Shown: positions 16,285 to 24,844 of the stretch, piece after piece
Position numbering within the stretch: the first letter of the stretch is position 1
How the letters are laid out: each line of letters begins with the position of its first letter
NCBI GenBank assembly: GCA_041657425.1
Contig: JBBABY010000004.1
Coordinates: 69,789 to 101,788 of the forward strand
DNA from: an archaeon
GTDB lineage: Archaea; Iainarchaeota; Iainarchaeia; Iainarchaeales; CSSED10-239
Length of the DNA stretch: 32,000 bases
Reading direction: 5' to 3'
Notes under the pieces: generated by a model
Told to the model about the DNA's origin: nothing
The model's input: the letters and a program-made list of their open reading frames with translations, nothing else
Databases searched by the model: none
Translations under genes and position numbers: made by a program

Positions 16285-18699
16285 TTACTTCTTTAAACTT
16301 TTTTCTAGCTTTGCAATTGCCATCTTGGTTTTGATAATTGTGTCTGGATTTAGACTCATGGATTTTATTCCTTCTCTTACTAAGAACTCAGCCATCTCTG
16401 GATAATCAGATGGTGCTTGACCACAGATTCCAATATACTTTCCTTTCTTGTTTGCAATTCTGATTACATCAGTTAACATCTTCTTAACTGCTTCGTTTCT
16501 TTCATCGTAGATGTTTCCAAGAAGTTCTGAGTCTCTGTCAAGGCCTAAGATCAATTGTGTTAAGTCATTACTTCCAATACTATAACCGTCGAAGATGTCT
16601 AAGAACTTGTCTGCAAGGATAACGTTAGATGGAATCTCACACATACAGTTTACTTTCAATCCATTCTTTCCTTTCTCTAAACCATTCTTTTTCATTTCAG
16701 CAATTACTTTATTTGCTTCATCAAGTGTTCTACAAAATGGAATCATTAATTCTAAGTTTGTTAAACCAAAGTCTTCTCTTACTTTTTTAATTGCTAAACA
16801 TTCTAGAGCAAAACCTGCGACATAATTTCCTTGGTAGTATCTTGAAGCTCCTCTCCAACCAATCATTGGATTGCTTTCTATTGGTTCGTATTCTTTTCCG
16901 CCAATCAGATTTGCATATTCGTTTGATTTGAAATCTGAAAGTCTTAAGATTACTTTCTTTGGATAGAAAGCTGCTGAAATTCTTGCAATTCCTTGTGCTA
17001 ACTTGTCTACAAAATATTGTTTCTTATCTGTATAACCAATTGTTAAACTATCAATTTTTGCTTTAACTTCTGCATCTGTGATTTTGTTGTAGTTGATTAA
17101 AGCAAGTGGATGAATCTGTATCCAAGAATTAATAATAAATTCTTCTCTCGCAAGACCTACTCCGTCGTTTGGTAAGAAACTTAAATCAAACGCTTGTTCA
17201 GGGTTACCTACATTCATCATTAATTGTGTTTTTGTTTTTGGAACTTCTTTTAAGTCAACTGTTTGTTTTGTGAATGGAATTTTTCCTGCATAAACAAAAC
17301 CAGCATCTCCACTTGAACAATCAAGTGTTACATCTGTTCCTGTTTTTAGTTTTGTGGTTCCTTCAAGAGTACCGACAATACATGGAATTCCAAGTTCTCT
17401 TGAAATGATTGCAGCATGACAAGTTCTTCCGCCTTTGTTTGTAATTATTCCTGAAGCAATCTTCATGATTGGTTCCCAATCTGGATCTGTCATTTCTGTT
17501 ACTAAGATCTCTCCTTTTCTAAATTTATTAATTTCTTTTGAATCTTTTATAACATTTACTTTTCCTGTTGAGATTTGCTGACCAACGCTTTTTCCAATAA
17601 CTACTGGTTTAGTTGTTGTTTGTAAAGAAAAAGTTGTGTAACTTGTTAAATCTTTTCTTGATTGAACAGTTTCAGGTCTTGCTTGAACAATAAATAATTC
17701 ATTTGTTTTACCATCAAGAGCCCATTCCATATCCATTGGCTTATCGTGTCCTGCTTTTTTTGAATAATACTCTTCAATATCGCAAGCCCATTTTGCTAAC
17801 TGCAATGCTTGTTCATCAGTTATTGAAAACTTATTTCTGTCTACAGTGTCTACAGAAATATTTTTAACAGGTTTATTTCCTTGAGTATCATAAACCATTC
17901 TAATTGCTTTTTCTCCAACAACTTTTGAGATTATTGGTTTCTTTCCTAATTTTAATGTTGGTTTAAAAATTATAAATTCATCAGGATTAACTGCACCTTG
18001 AACAATGTTTTCTCCTAAACCATATGTTGAATTGATTACAACTACATCTTTAAATCCTGTTTCTGTATCAATTGAAAACATAATTCCAGATGACGCCATA
18101 TCACTTCTAACCATTCTTTGAACAACAACTGAAAGACCTATACTGAAGTGGTCAAATTTCTTATCTACTCTGTAAGAGATTGCTCTGTTTGTAAAAAGAC
18201 TTGCAAAACATTTTCTTACTGCTTCTAAAAGATTTTGTTTTCCTTTAATATTAAGATAACTTTCTTGTTGACCTGCAAAAGAAGCATCAGGAAGATCTTC
18301 AGCAGTTGCACTAGATCTTACTGCGACGTCAAGGTCTGACATTTTTTCTCTTTTACATAATTTATCATAAGCCTCAAATATCTCTTGCTCTAGATCTTTT
18401 GGAACATCTGCATGTCTTATTAAATCTCTAATTTTATGTCCCTTCTCTGCTAACTGATCCATGTTTGTTGTATCTAGATCTTTTAAGATTTTTCTTATTT
18501 GATCTTTTACTCCTGATTTTTCTAAGATGTATCTATAAGAATTTGCAGTGATTGCAAAACCATAAGGAATCTTTACTCCTTTCTTTCCTAGGTATTGGCA
18601 CATTTCACCAAGAGACGCATTCTTTCCACCAACATAAGGAATATCTTCAATTCCTATTTCATCAAACCACATAATAAATTTTTTATCTTTTGCATTCAT
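16285..18699 (-). CDS. ppsA: Phosphoenolpyruvate synthase (pyruvate, water dikinase)
   Basis: 804 aa. The N-terminus ...WFDEIGIEDIPYVGGKNASLGEM..., the phosphohistidine swivel region ...GGRTCHAAIISRELGIPCIVG... and the C-terminal PEP-utilising ...GSNDLTQL... are all canonical. Confidence 0.95.
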   Translation of the reverse strand: MNAKDKKFIMWFDEIGIEDIPYVGGKNASLGEMCQYLGKKGVKIPYGFAITANSYRYILEKSGVKDQIRKILKDLDTTNMDQLAEKGHKIRDLIRHADVPKDLEQEIFEAYDKLCKREKMSDLDVAVRSSATAEDLPDASFAGQQESYLNIKGKQNLLEAVRKCFASLFTNRAISYRVDKKFDHFSIGLSVVVQRMVRSDMASSGIMFSIDTETGFKDVVVINSTYGLGENIVQGAVNPDEFIIFKPTLKLGKKPIISKVVGEKAIRMVYDTQGNKPVKNISVDTVDRNKFSITDEQALQLAKWACDIEEYYSKKAGHDKPMDMEWALDGKTNELFIVQARPETVQSRKDLTSYTTFSLQTTTKPVVIGKSVGQQISTGKVNVIKDSKEINKFRKGEILVTEMTDPDWEPIMKIASGIITNKGGRTCHAAIISRELGIPCIVGTLEGTTKLKTGTDVTLDCSSGDAGFVYAGKIPFTKQTVDLKEVPKTKTQLMMNVGNPEQAFDLSFLPNDGVGLAREEFIINSWIQIHPLALINYNKITDAEVKAKIDSLTIGYTDKKQYFVDKLAQGIARISAAFYPKKVILRLSDFKSNEYANLIGGKEYEPIESNPMIGWRGASRYYQGNYVAGFALECLAIKKVREDFGLTNLELMIPFCRTLDEANKVIAEMKKNGLEKGKNGLKVNCMCEIPSNVILADKFLDIFDGYSIGSNDLTQLILGLDRDSELLGNIYDERNEAVKKMLTDVIRIANKKGKYIGICGQAPSDYPEMAEFLVREGIKSMSLNPDTIIKTKMAIAKLEKSLKK

Positions 18700-18771
18700 A
18701 TTTACTCAAGTCTCCATAAATATATTTTTAAATAAAAATAGTAACTATAAAGGGTTTATAAATAATTTGGT

Positions 18772-20583
18772 TTAACGGGCACCGGCACCACCGCCGCCTC
18801 CACCACCGCCACCAAAGCCTCCGCCTCCGTGACCTCCAAATCCACCAGAAGATGAATTTCCCATTGTTGTAGAAAAACTACTCATTGCAAATGCAGAATA
18901 TACAACAAATTGTTCATTTTTGGAAACCTCTTCTGGCATAGCTGTCTTCAGTGCTTTTGATGCTTCTTTTGCAACTCCAAATGCTGTTGCATAAACCATA
19001 TATTCTTCCCAAAGAATTACATGTTGTGGTGGATATTGTTTGATTAAAGAAAAATCAGTAATATATTTTTTAAAATTAGTCCATTGTAAATTTTTTACTC
19101 TTCCTTCTTTAGAAAATCTTCCAAAGATTACTGAAAAACTAATTTTTGATCTAGTAGCTATATTTGCAATAATTATTACAATTGCTGAAATCCAAAAAAC
19201 AAATGTCACCCATGTTGGAAAAATATATCCAAAAAATATAAAATTTATTATTCTTGAAAAAATAAAAGCATATAGAATAATTGCAATATTTGCAACTATC
19301 ATTCCTGTTTTATCAAAATATTTATTTTTATTTGCCCATCTATTAGTTTCTTTCTGAACCTTTATTTGCAGTGCTCTAAAATCATTAATAAAATTTGATT
19401 TCTCTTCTAATTTTGAGAAGAAATCTGTAGCGTCTTTTGATTTATATTGCCCACTTCTTAAATCATCTAAATTAATTGTTCCATCCGGATAATATTCTTT
19501 AAAGAACTTATCAACTTCAGAAACATAATTTGGAAGCGTTACTTCTTTTGCATCTTTTATTCTTACTAAACTATATTTTTCTGAACTAAATAATGTTTTA
19601 TCTTTTTCTTTTACTAATTCATATTGTTTTTTCCAAACTAAATACATAATTGCAGAAGAAAACCAATTTTTTGATAATTCTCCAGTTATTAAATAATGCG
19701 CTTGAACTGGGTCTTCTTCTCCAGGCAAATCTCTTTCATAAATTCCTAGATAACCAGTTTTACTTTCTGGAATTTCTTTTCCAAAGATTAACCAAATTAT
19801 AAATAATAATAAAATTGGAAAACCAATCATTAGGAAAAGATATAATAAAATAATACCTAGTGGGGCTTCATTCTTTACATTTGCTTTTGTGTATTGATTA
19901 TAACCCTCTTTCCAATTTTTCTCTTCTTCTATTATTTGAGCTTGTGTATAGTTTCTGTCTGGATAATGATAAAGATTGTTTTCTGAAAACCACTCTTTTG
20001 GCATCAATAAATTTACTTCAATTATTTCATAAGCACCAACGTGTTTTGAAATTCTAAGTTCTCCATATATTATTTGAGAAAAATAATCCTTTGAATGTAT
20101 AAACTGAGTTATTTTATTCACAGCCCCTGGAAAACTAATATTAATATTTACATCTGTTGAAACTGACGTTTTACCAGGATACACTTGATAGTAAAATTGT
20201 ACGCCATCTTCTAATTCTCTTATCTGTTGAGCAAGTTCATAATTAAAATAAGCAACTACATTTGTATCACAGAAATTGCCTTTTAATATTAATTCAGGAT
20301 CTCCAGAAACTGTTCCATATTGTTTATACTCAAATGTACAAGTTGCTCCTGAACATGCACCATTTGGTTCAGAAATTATTAAATTTGGCCTTTGAAGATA
20401 AAGTTCTGTAAAACATCCAGACAATTGATAATTTAGTGCTTCTGTAACACTTACATTTCCGGACTGCTGTATTCTGTAATTGATAGTATAATCTGTAATT
20501 TTAAGTTCTTTTGCAGAAACTATTGGAAAGATAAATAATATTAAAACTAAAACTAAAATCCATTTAGTATTTTTAGTTAACAT
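18772..20583 (-). CDS. DUF2207-family membrane protein with a poly-Gly C-terminal tail
   Basis: Sec-type signal peptide (MLTKNTKWILVLVLILFIFPIVSAKE), an extracellular N-domain, several TM helices, and a C-terminal SSSGGFGGHGGGGFGGGGGGGGGAGAR tail typical of DUF2207 proteins. Confidence 0.8.
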   Translation of the reverse strand: MLTKNTKWILVLVLILFIFPIVSAKELKITDYTINYRIQQSGNVSVTEALNYQLSGCFTELYLQRPNLIISEPNGACSGATCTFEYKQYGTVSGDPELILKGNFCDTNVVAYFNYELAQQIRELEDGVQFYYQVYPGKTSVSTDVNINISFPGAVNKITQFIHSKDYFSQIIYGELRISKHVGAYEIIEVNLLMPKEWFSENNLYHYPDRNYTQAQIIEEEKNWKEGYNQYTKANVKNEAPLGIILLYLFLMIGFPILLLFIIWLIFGKEIPESKTGYLGIYERDLPGEEDPVQAHYLITGELSKNWFSSAIMYLVWKKQYELVKEKDKTLFSSEKYSLVRIKDAKEVTLPNYVSEVDKFFKEYYPDGTINLDDLRSGQYKSKDATDFFSKLEEKSNFINDFRALQIKVQKETNRWANKNKYFDKTGMIVANIAIILYAFIFSRIINFIFFGYIFPTWVTFVFWISAIVIIIANIATRSKISFSVIFGRFSKEGRVKNLQWTNFKKYITDFSLIKQYPPQHVILWEEYMVYATAFGVAKEASKALKTAMPEEVSKNEQFVVYSAFAMSSFSTTMGNSSSGGFGGHGGGGFGGGGGGGGGAGAR

Positions 20584-20587
20584 TTAT

Positions 20588-21208
20588 TCACCAAATCTTT
20601 TTTGATTTTCCAAAATCAATTATTAACTTTGCAAAGAATTCATTTCCTTTCTTATTTGGATGAACTCCATCTATTTTATCAAATAATTTTTCTAAGTCTT
20701 TTCTTTTTTTAAAACTATTAAAAATATCAATAAAAAAAAGTTTTTCTTTTTTGCAGGTTTTTTGAATTATATCATTATATTCTTTTATTTGCTTGTTTGT
20801 AAAATGCTCATCGTCATGCCATATTGTTGGAGTGGTTTTTGATTCTACACAAGGAGTTAAACCAGTTATAATTATTGATGCAGAATATTTTTTACAAATA
20901 GTGATTATATCTTTAATATTCTTTTCACTTTCTCTTTTAGAAATATATGCTTTTCCTTTTAATAAGCCAGAATCATTTGAACCAATGTGAATTATAATTA
21001 TATTTGGTCTTCTTGCTTTTATTTCTGTTTCTATTCTTTTTAGAAGTCCGTCTGTTTTTTCCCCAGAGATTCCAAGATTAAAAACTGAATTACTTTCATT
21101 TTGTTTTGAAATGTATTTTTGTAAGATTGTTACCCAATTATCGTAACCAAAATACCCCTCATTGGAAACAATACTATCTCCAAAAACACAAATTCTTTTT
21201 TTATTCAT
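20588..21208 (-). CDS. SGNH/GDSL-family hydrolase
   Basis: Block I ICVFGDSIV, block III IGSND and block V DGVHPN. Its start overlaps the stop of the upstream gene by 4 nt (ATGA). Confidence 0.85.
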   Translation of the reverse strand: MNKKRICVFGDSIVSNEGYFGYDNWVTILQKYISKQNESNSVFNLGISGEKTDGLLKRIETEIKARRPNIIIIHIGSNDSGLLKGKAYISKRESEKNIKDIITICKKYSASIIITGLTPCVESKTTPTIWHDDEHFTNKQIKEYNDIIQKTCKKEKLFFIDIFNSFKKRKDLEKLFDKIDGVHPNKKGNEFFAKLIIDFGKSKKIW

Positions 21209-22032
21209 AAAATCTCATCTTTTAGTCTTGTGTATCTATTGAATTTATTTGTTTTGTTTATTGATTTGTAGTGAATTGCATTTCTTGGGCAAAAATTATA
21301 ACAACGAGTACAGAACATACAGTTGTTCCCCCAAGTTATCTTTCCTTTCTCTTTCTTCATAGTTATATTTTTAGTTGGACAACTTTTTTCGCAAAGACCA
21401 CAAAAGGTACATTCTTTTCTATCCCAATACCACCTGTTCTTTTGTTGTTTTTGTCCTAAGTTGTTAAAAAAGAAATGAACGATTTCTGACATGAGTTTTA
21501 AAAAGAAACCGCACTTTACAAACTTTGACTTTCCGGAAATAATTATCTCAAAATCCATTTTTACTTTTTCAGTAGTATTTGTAATCAATAACTCTGTTTG
21601 TTCATTGCTTTGAGTGTCTTTTCCAAACATAAAATAAACATTATCTGGCATTACATATAGGAAGTTAGAAACTACTGTATAATGTTTCTTTTTTAGAATA
21701 TTTTCTAGAATTGAAAAACTTGCACCTGCACTTCCTCCTGCTGTTCCAAAAAGAATCACTGGCTTGTCATTAACTTCTGGCAATTTCTTTACAAAATCAA
21801 TAACCATTTGTGGTGGATAAAATGCATAGGTTGGAAAACCAATCATTATGAAAGTATATTTACTTTGACTTGGAACTGTTTCAATTGTTTCTATTGGAAA
21901 AATATCCACATCTATCTTTGCTTTTTTATAATTTGCTTGAAACTCGGAAGCAACAAAAGCGGTGTTACCTGTTCCTGAAAAATAATAAATTACACCTTTG
22001 CCAGGATTAAACTGTTTTTTAGTAATAGTCAT
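21205..22032 (-). CDS. EFR1-family ferredoxin (flavodoxin-like domain fused to a 2x[4Fe-4S] ferredoxin domain)
   Basis: IYYFSGTGNTAFVA is the flavodoxin-like N-terminus. CTFCGLCEKSCP and CMFCTRCYNFCP are the two CxxCxxCxxxCP clusters. Confidence 0.8.
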   Translation of the reverse strand: MTITKKQFNPGKGVIYYFSGTGNTAFVASEFQANYKKAKIDVDIFPIETIETVPSQSKYTFIMIGFPTYAFYPPQMVIDFVKKLPEVNDKPVILFGTAGGSAGASFSILENILKKKHYTVVSNFLYVMPDNVYFMFGKDTQSNEQTELLITNTTEKVKMDFEIIISGKSKFVKCGFFLKLMSEIVHFFFNNLGQKQQKNRWYWDRKECTFCGLCEKSCPTKNITMKKEKGKITWGNNCMFCTRCYNFCPRNAIHYKSINKTNKFNRYTRLKDEIL

Positions 22033-22092
22033 ACAAAAACAAAGAATAAAAGAATTTAAAAAGGTTTATAGTTGGAATATATTTGAAAGAAC
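22033..22092. promoter_or_regulatory. 60-nt divergent promoter region with back-to-back TATA-like boxes
   Basis: TTTAAAT (22054..22060, about 25 nt from the minus-strand ATG at 22032) and AAAGGTTTATA (22062..22072, TATA about 25 nt before the plus-strand ATG at 22093). This spacing is consistent with leaderless or short-leader archaeal transcripts. Confidence 0.4.
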
Positions 22093-22902
22093 ATGGCATT
22101 AAAAATACAAAATTCATTTAAACCAAAAATTCCACCAAAAACTAAATTTGGGAATATACATGATTTTTTAGAAATGCTTATTATAAAAAAAAAGAAAAAT
22201 TTTGAAGATTCAAAACAAAGATTTGATAAATATATCTCTCAGGAATCAATTAATAATACTTGGTTTCATCAAAGACAATTATCTGATTATTTAGACATAT
22301 TGCCTGTCGATTCTAAAATTATAACTAAAAATTCTTTTTTCAATTTCTTAAAAACTAGATCTAAAGAAACCAGAGAAGAGCTTTCTATTTTAGACGATGG
22401 CATTGGCGATGGATTCTTTCTAAGTGAACTTAAAAACGAATTAAATAAGTTAAATATTCGTAATAAAACAACAGGTATAACCTTAAGTAAGAGCGATACC
22501 GAAAATTTTAAAAAAAATATTGCCAATATAAATGAAGTTTTATATACGAGAACAGAAGATTATGTTCCTAAAAAAAGATTTGATTTAATTACAAGTGCAT
22601 ATGGGGGATTTAATTATAGTTTTGAAATTATCAAAAAGGAAGTATTATTAAAATTAGCTTATTCTTTAAAAAAAGGAGGCGTATTAATTATTTTATTTGA
22701 TTTAGATATGAGTTTAGTGAATTTAAAACCAAAAAAAGAAAATCCTTATATTAATTATAACTTTATTTCTCCAAAAGAAATAACTCGTTTTTCTACGACT
22801 TTGATTCAAAGTTTAAATAAAAGAGGATTTGATGCAGAAATTAAAAAAGTGAGTGCAAAAAATATGCTACAAGACGTACTAATTATAAAAAGAGTTAAAT
22901 AA
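22093..22902 (+). CDS. Class I SAM-dependent methyltransferase-like protein, paralog 1
   Basis: Motif I ILDDGIGDGFFLSEL, an acidic post-I residue (GITLSKSD), motif II FDLITSAYG and motif III LKKGGVLIILFD. Collinear with 24002..24772 and 24794..25549, including the C-terminal ...IIKRVK. Confidence 0.7.
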   Translation: MALKIQNSFKPKIPPKTKFGNIHDFLEMLIIKKKKNFEDSKQRFDKYISQESINNTWFHQRQLSDYLDILPVDSKIITKNSFFNFLKTRSKETREELSILDDGIGDGFFLSELKNELNKLNIRNKTTGITLSKSDTENFKKNIANINEVLYTRTEDYVPKKRFDLITSAYGGFNYSFEIIKKEVLLKLAYSLKKGGVLIILFDLDMSLVNLKPKKENPYINYNFISPKEITRFSTTLIQSLNKRGFDAEIKKVSAKNMLQDVLIIKRVK

Positions 22903-23283
22903 TTATAATTCACTTCTGTGCTTTTCTAAATCTTCTTCAAAAATTACTTTTTCTTTTGTGATTTCTATTATATCTTTTGATTTTATTATATCAAAGTATC
23001 TTACTGGCTTATCTCTTTGCTTTGCTAAAATTATTTCTGCTAGGACGCCATTACTTATCTGACCAAATACCCAAAGTTCATCTGTTCTTTTAACCAAGGA
23101 ATTATTTGCAGCTCTTACTAAGTCTCTATCAACGGAATCAAGCATAAAATAATCAGAAATCATAAATGGATTTAAAGGCACAAATCCTTCCTCTATAACA
23201 AACTTAGAAATATGTTGTCTAAAATAAAAATTTAATTTAGAATATGCTGCAAAAACTAATTTTAACTCTGTATTTGTGTCCAT
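22903..23283 (-). CDS. Conserved hypothetical protein (126 aa), possibly with a nucleoside 2-deoxyribosyltransferase-like fold (tentative)
   Basis: Clean ORF with a TATA-like box upstream. The pattern ...PLNPF...D..R.....L....DELWVFG.ISNGVLAEI..A.....PV... is reminiscent of that fold. I cannot verify this without a profile search. Confidence 0.5.
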   Translation of the reverse strand: MDTNTELKLVFAAYSKLNFYFRQHISKFVIEEGFVPLNPFMISDYFMLDSVDRDLVRAANNSLVKRTDELWVFGQISNGVLAEIILAKQRDKPVRYFDIIKSKDIIEITKEKVIFEEDLEKHRSEL

Positions 23284-23326
23284 ATAAAAGATTGAGTGAA
23301 AGGTTTTTTAATAACTTTCGATTCTG

Positions 23327-23361
23327 CACTGGACAACTACCCCCGAAACCCTTAAATACTG
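23327..23361 (+). promoter_or_regulatory. Putative promoter of the 94-aa/RelE operon: 14-nt motif CACTGGACAACTAC + BRE-like CCGAAACC + TATA-like CTTAAATA
   Basis: The TATA-like box is centred about 27 nt upstream of the ATG at 23381. The 14-mer matches 13/14 with the minus-strand copy at 16244..16257 and keeps the same 2-nt spacer to the BRE-like element. Confidence 0.4.
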
Positions 23362-23380
23362 TTTTTGATAATATATTATT

Positions 23381-23665
23381 ATGACTGCAAAAAAAGAAAG
23401 GCCATTAGATGAATATCCAACAGCTAATGATGTGTTTTTTGTTGAAAATGTTTTGGATAATTGGTATGATTCTGCAATCAAAATAACAGAACTTACTAAA
23501 AAGTTACCAAAAGAAATTACTGAAGATAAATTAAAACAAATTGTGTATTATTTAGAAAAAACAAATAAAGTTCTTGTCAACAGAGAAAAAAATCAATTAA
23601 TCTATATCGCAAATCCTTCTCAAAAACTTTGTTCTGCTATTAAAAAAGGAATAAAATATGAGTGA
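23381..23665 (+). CDS. Putative antitoxin (94 aa, winged-helix-like, unclassified) of the downstream RelE/ParE toxin
   Basis: An 8-nt overlap with the toxin ORF, small size and upstream position. No recognisable RHH, Phd or HigA motif. Confidence 0.5.
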   Translation: MTAKKERPLDEYPTANDVFFVENVLDNWYDSAIKITELTKKLPKEITEDKLKQIVYYLEKTNKVLVNREKNQLIYIANPSQKLCSAIKKGIKYE

Positions 23666-23996
23666 TGTGCGTTTTGCTCCTGATGCAAATTCAATCTATT
23701 TGAAGTTGAAAAAATCAAAAGACAAAATAGATCAATCAATATTTAACTCTATTAATGAAAAGATAGAACAACTTAAACAAAATCCAAAAATTGGCGAACC
23801 CTTACAAAAAAAGTTTATCCCTGAGAAATATATACAAAAACATGGAATAAAAAACTTATTTAAAATAAGATTAACAAATTACTGGAGATTACTATATACA
23901 CTTTCTAATAATAACGAAATAAATGTGCTGATATTTATTGTTGACATAATCGACCATGATGAATACAATGATATTTTTGGATTTAAGAAGAAATGA
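23658..23996 (+). CDS. RelE/ParE-family type II toxin
   Basis: ...IEQLKQNPKIGEPLQKK...LFKIRLTNYWRLLYTLSNNNEINVLIFIVDIIDHDEY... fits the RelE/ParE pattern (L..NP..G..L ... R...YR.lY ... I.i..i..H..Y). Confidence 0.75.
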   Translation: MSDVRFAPDANSIYLKLKKSKDKIDQSIFNSINEKIEQLKQNPKIGEPLQKKFIPEKYIQKHGIKNLFKIRLTNYWRLLYTLSNNNEINVLIFIVDIIDHDEYNDIFGFKKK

Positions 23997-24052
23997 TAAT
24001 TATGAAAAAAGCAATGGCTACACAAAGAACAAAGATGACGGTATCTAATTAT
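23994..24052 (+). repeat. 59-nt block, copy 1 (8 nt upstream plus the first 17 codons of methyltransferase paralog 2), 56/59 identical to 24786..24844
   Basis: tgataattatgaaaaaagcaatggctacacaaagaAcaaagatGacggtAtctaattat; capitals mark the three mismatches. Confidence 0.9.
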
Positions 24053-24772
24053 ATTAATAAAAATATTTCAAGGATATTATCAGATAGAAGAACTCTAAAT
24101 CAACATAATGATAAAATGGATTATACAAAAGCTTTAGAGAATGATGCTGAAAATGAAAATGCCTTTTATCTATTGTGGGGAGACTCCAGAGGACACAATT
24201 CTTATAATCTGGATTTTAGAATGTTATCCGCAGAAAGAAACTCCGCTACCATAAATAAAAAAATCCCCGAAAATATCCTTGATTATTTAATAGAAGAATA
24301 TAAGAAAACAAAAAAAACTCTACACATATTGGATGATGGAGCAGGACAAGGCTATTTCTTAAAAGAATTAAAAGAAGCACTAACTAAAAACAAAGTTCCA
24401 GTTAATACTACCGCGGTTTGTTTAAGCGATAAAATTCCGGAACTAAATAACAGATTTATTAATGAAATAATTATTAGAGATGCAAAAGATTTGGAACTTA
24501 ATCAAAAATATGATTTAATTACATCCTATTATGGTTCCATTCATTATTCTATTCCTAAAATAAGAGACGAAATTATGAAAAAATATATTTTTTCTCTTAA
24601 TAAGAATGGGGTTGCAGTGTTTAGATTTACTGAAAATAGAGAAGAGCCTGGTGCAAAAAGTATAACTTGGATTAAATTATTAGAAAAAGTTGGATTTTCA
24701 GTAACTACTAAAATTGAAAATTCCAGTAAAAAATGGACAGTATGGCTTGTATTAATTCAAAGATTAAGATAA
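24002..24772 (+). CDS. Class I SAM-dependent methyltransferase-like protein, paralog 2
   Basis: ILDDGAGQGYFLKEL (motif I), AVCLSD, YDLITSYYGS and LNKNGVAVFRF. The start is set at MKKAMATQR by homology with paralog 3. The longest ORF starts at 23993, which overlaps the toxin stop as ATGA. Confidence 0.75.
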   Translation: MKKAMATQRTKMTVSNYINKNISRILSDRRTLNQHNDKMDYTKALENDAENENAFYLLWGDSRGHNSYNLDFRMLSAERNSATINKKIPENILDYLIEEYKKTKKTLHILDDGAGQGYFLKELKEALTKNKVPVNTTAVCLSDKIPELNNRFINEIIIRDAKDLELNQKYDLITSYYGSIHYSIPKIRDEIMKKYIFSLNKNGVAVFRFTENREEPGAKSITWIKLLEKVGFSVTTKIENSSKKWTVWLVLIQRLR

Positions 24773-24785
24773 AATATTTAATTAC

Positions 24786-24844
24786 TGATAATTATGAAAA
24801 AAGCAATGGCTACACAAAGACCAAAGATAACGGTGTCTAATTAT
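24786..24844 (+). repeat. 59-nt block, copy 2 (8 nt upstream plus the first 17 codons of methyltransferase paralog 3)
   Basis: tgataattatgaaaaaagcaatggctacacaaagaCcaaagatAacggtGtctaattat. Confidence 0.9.
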
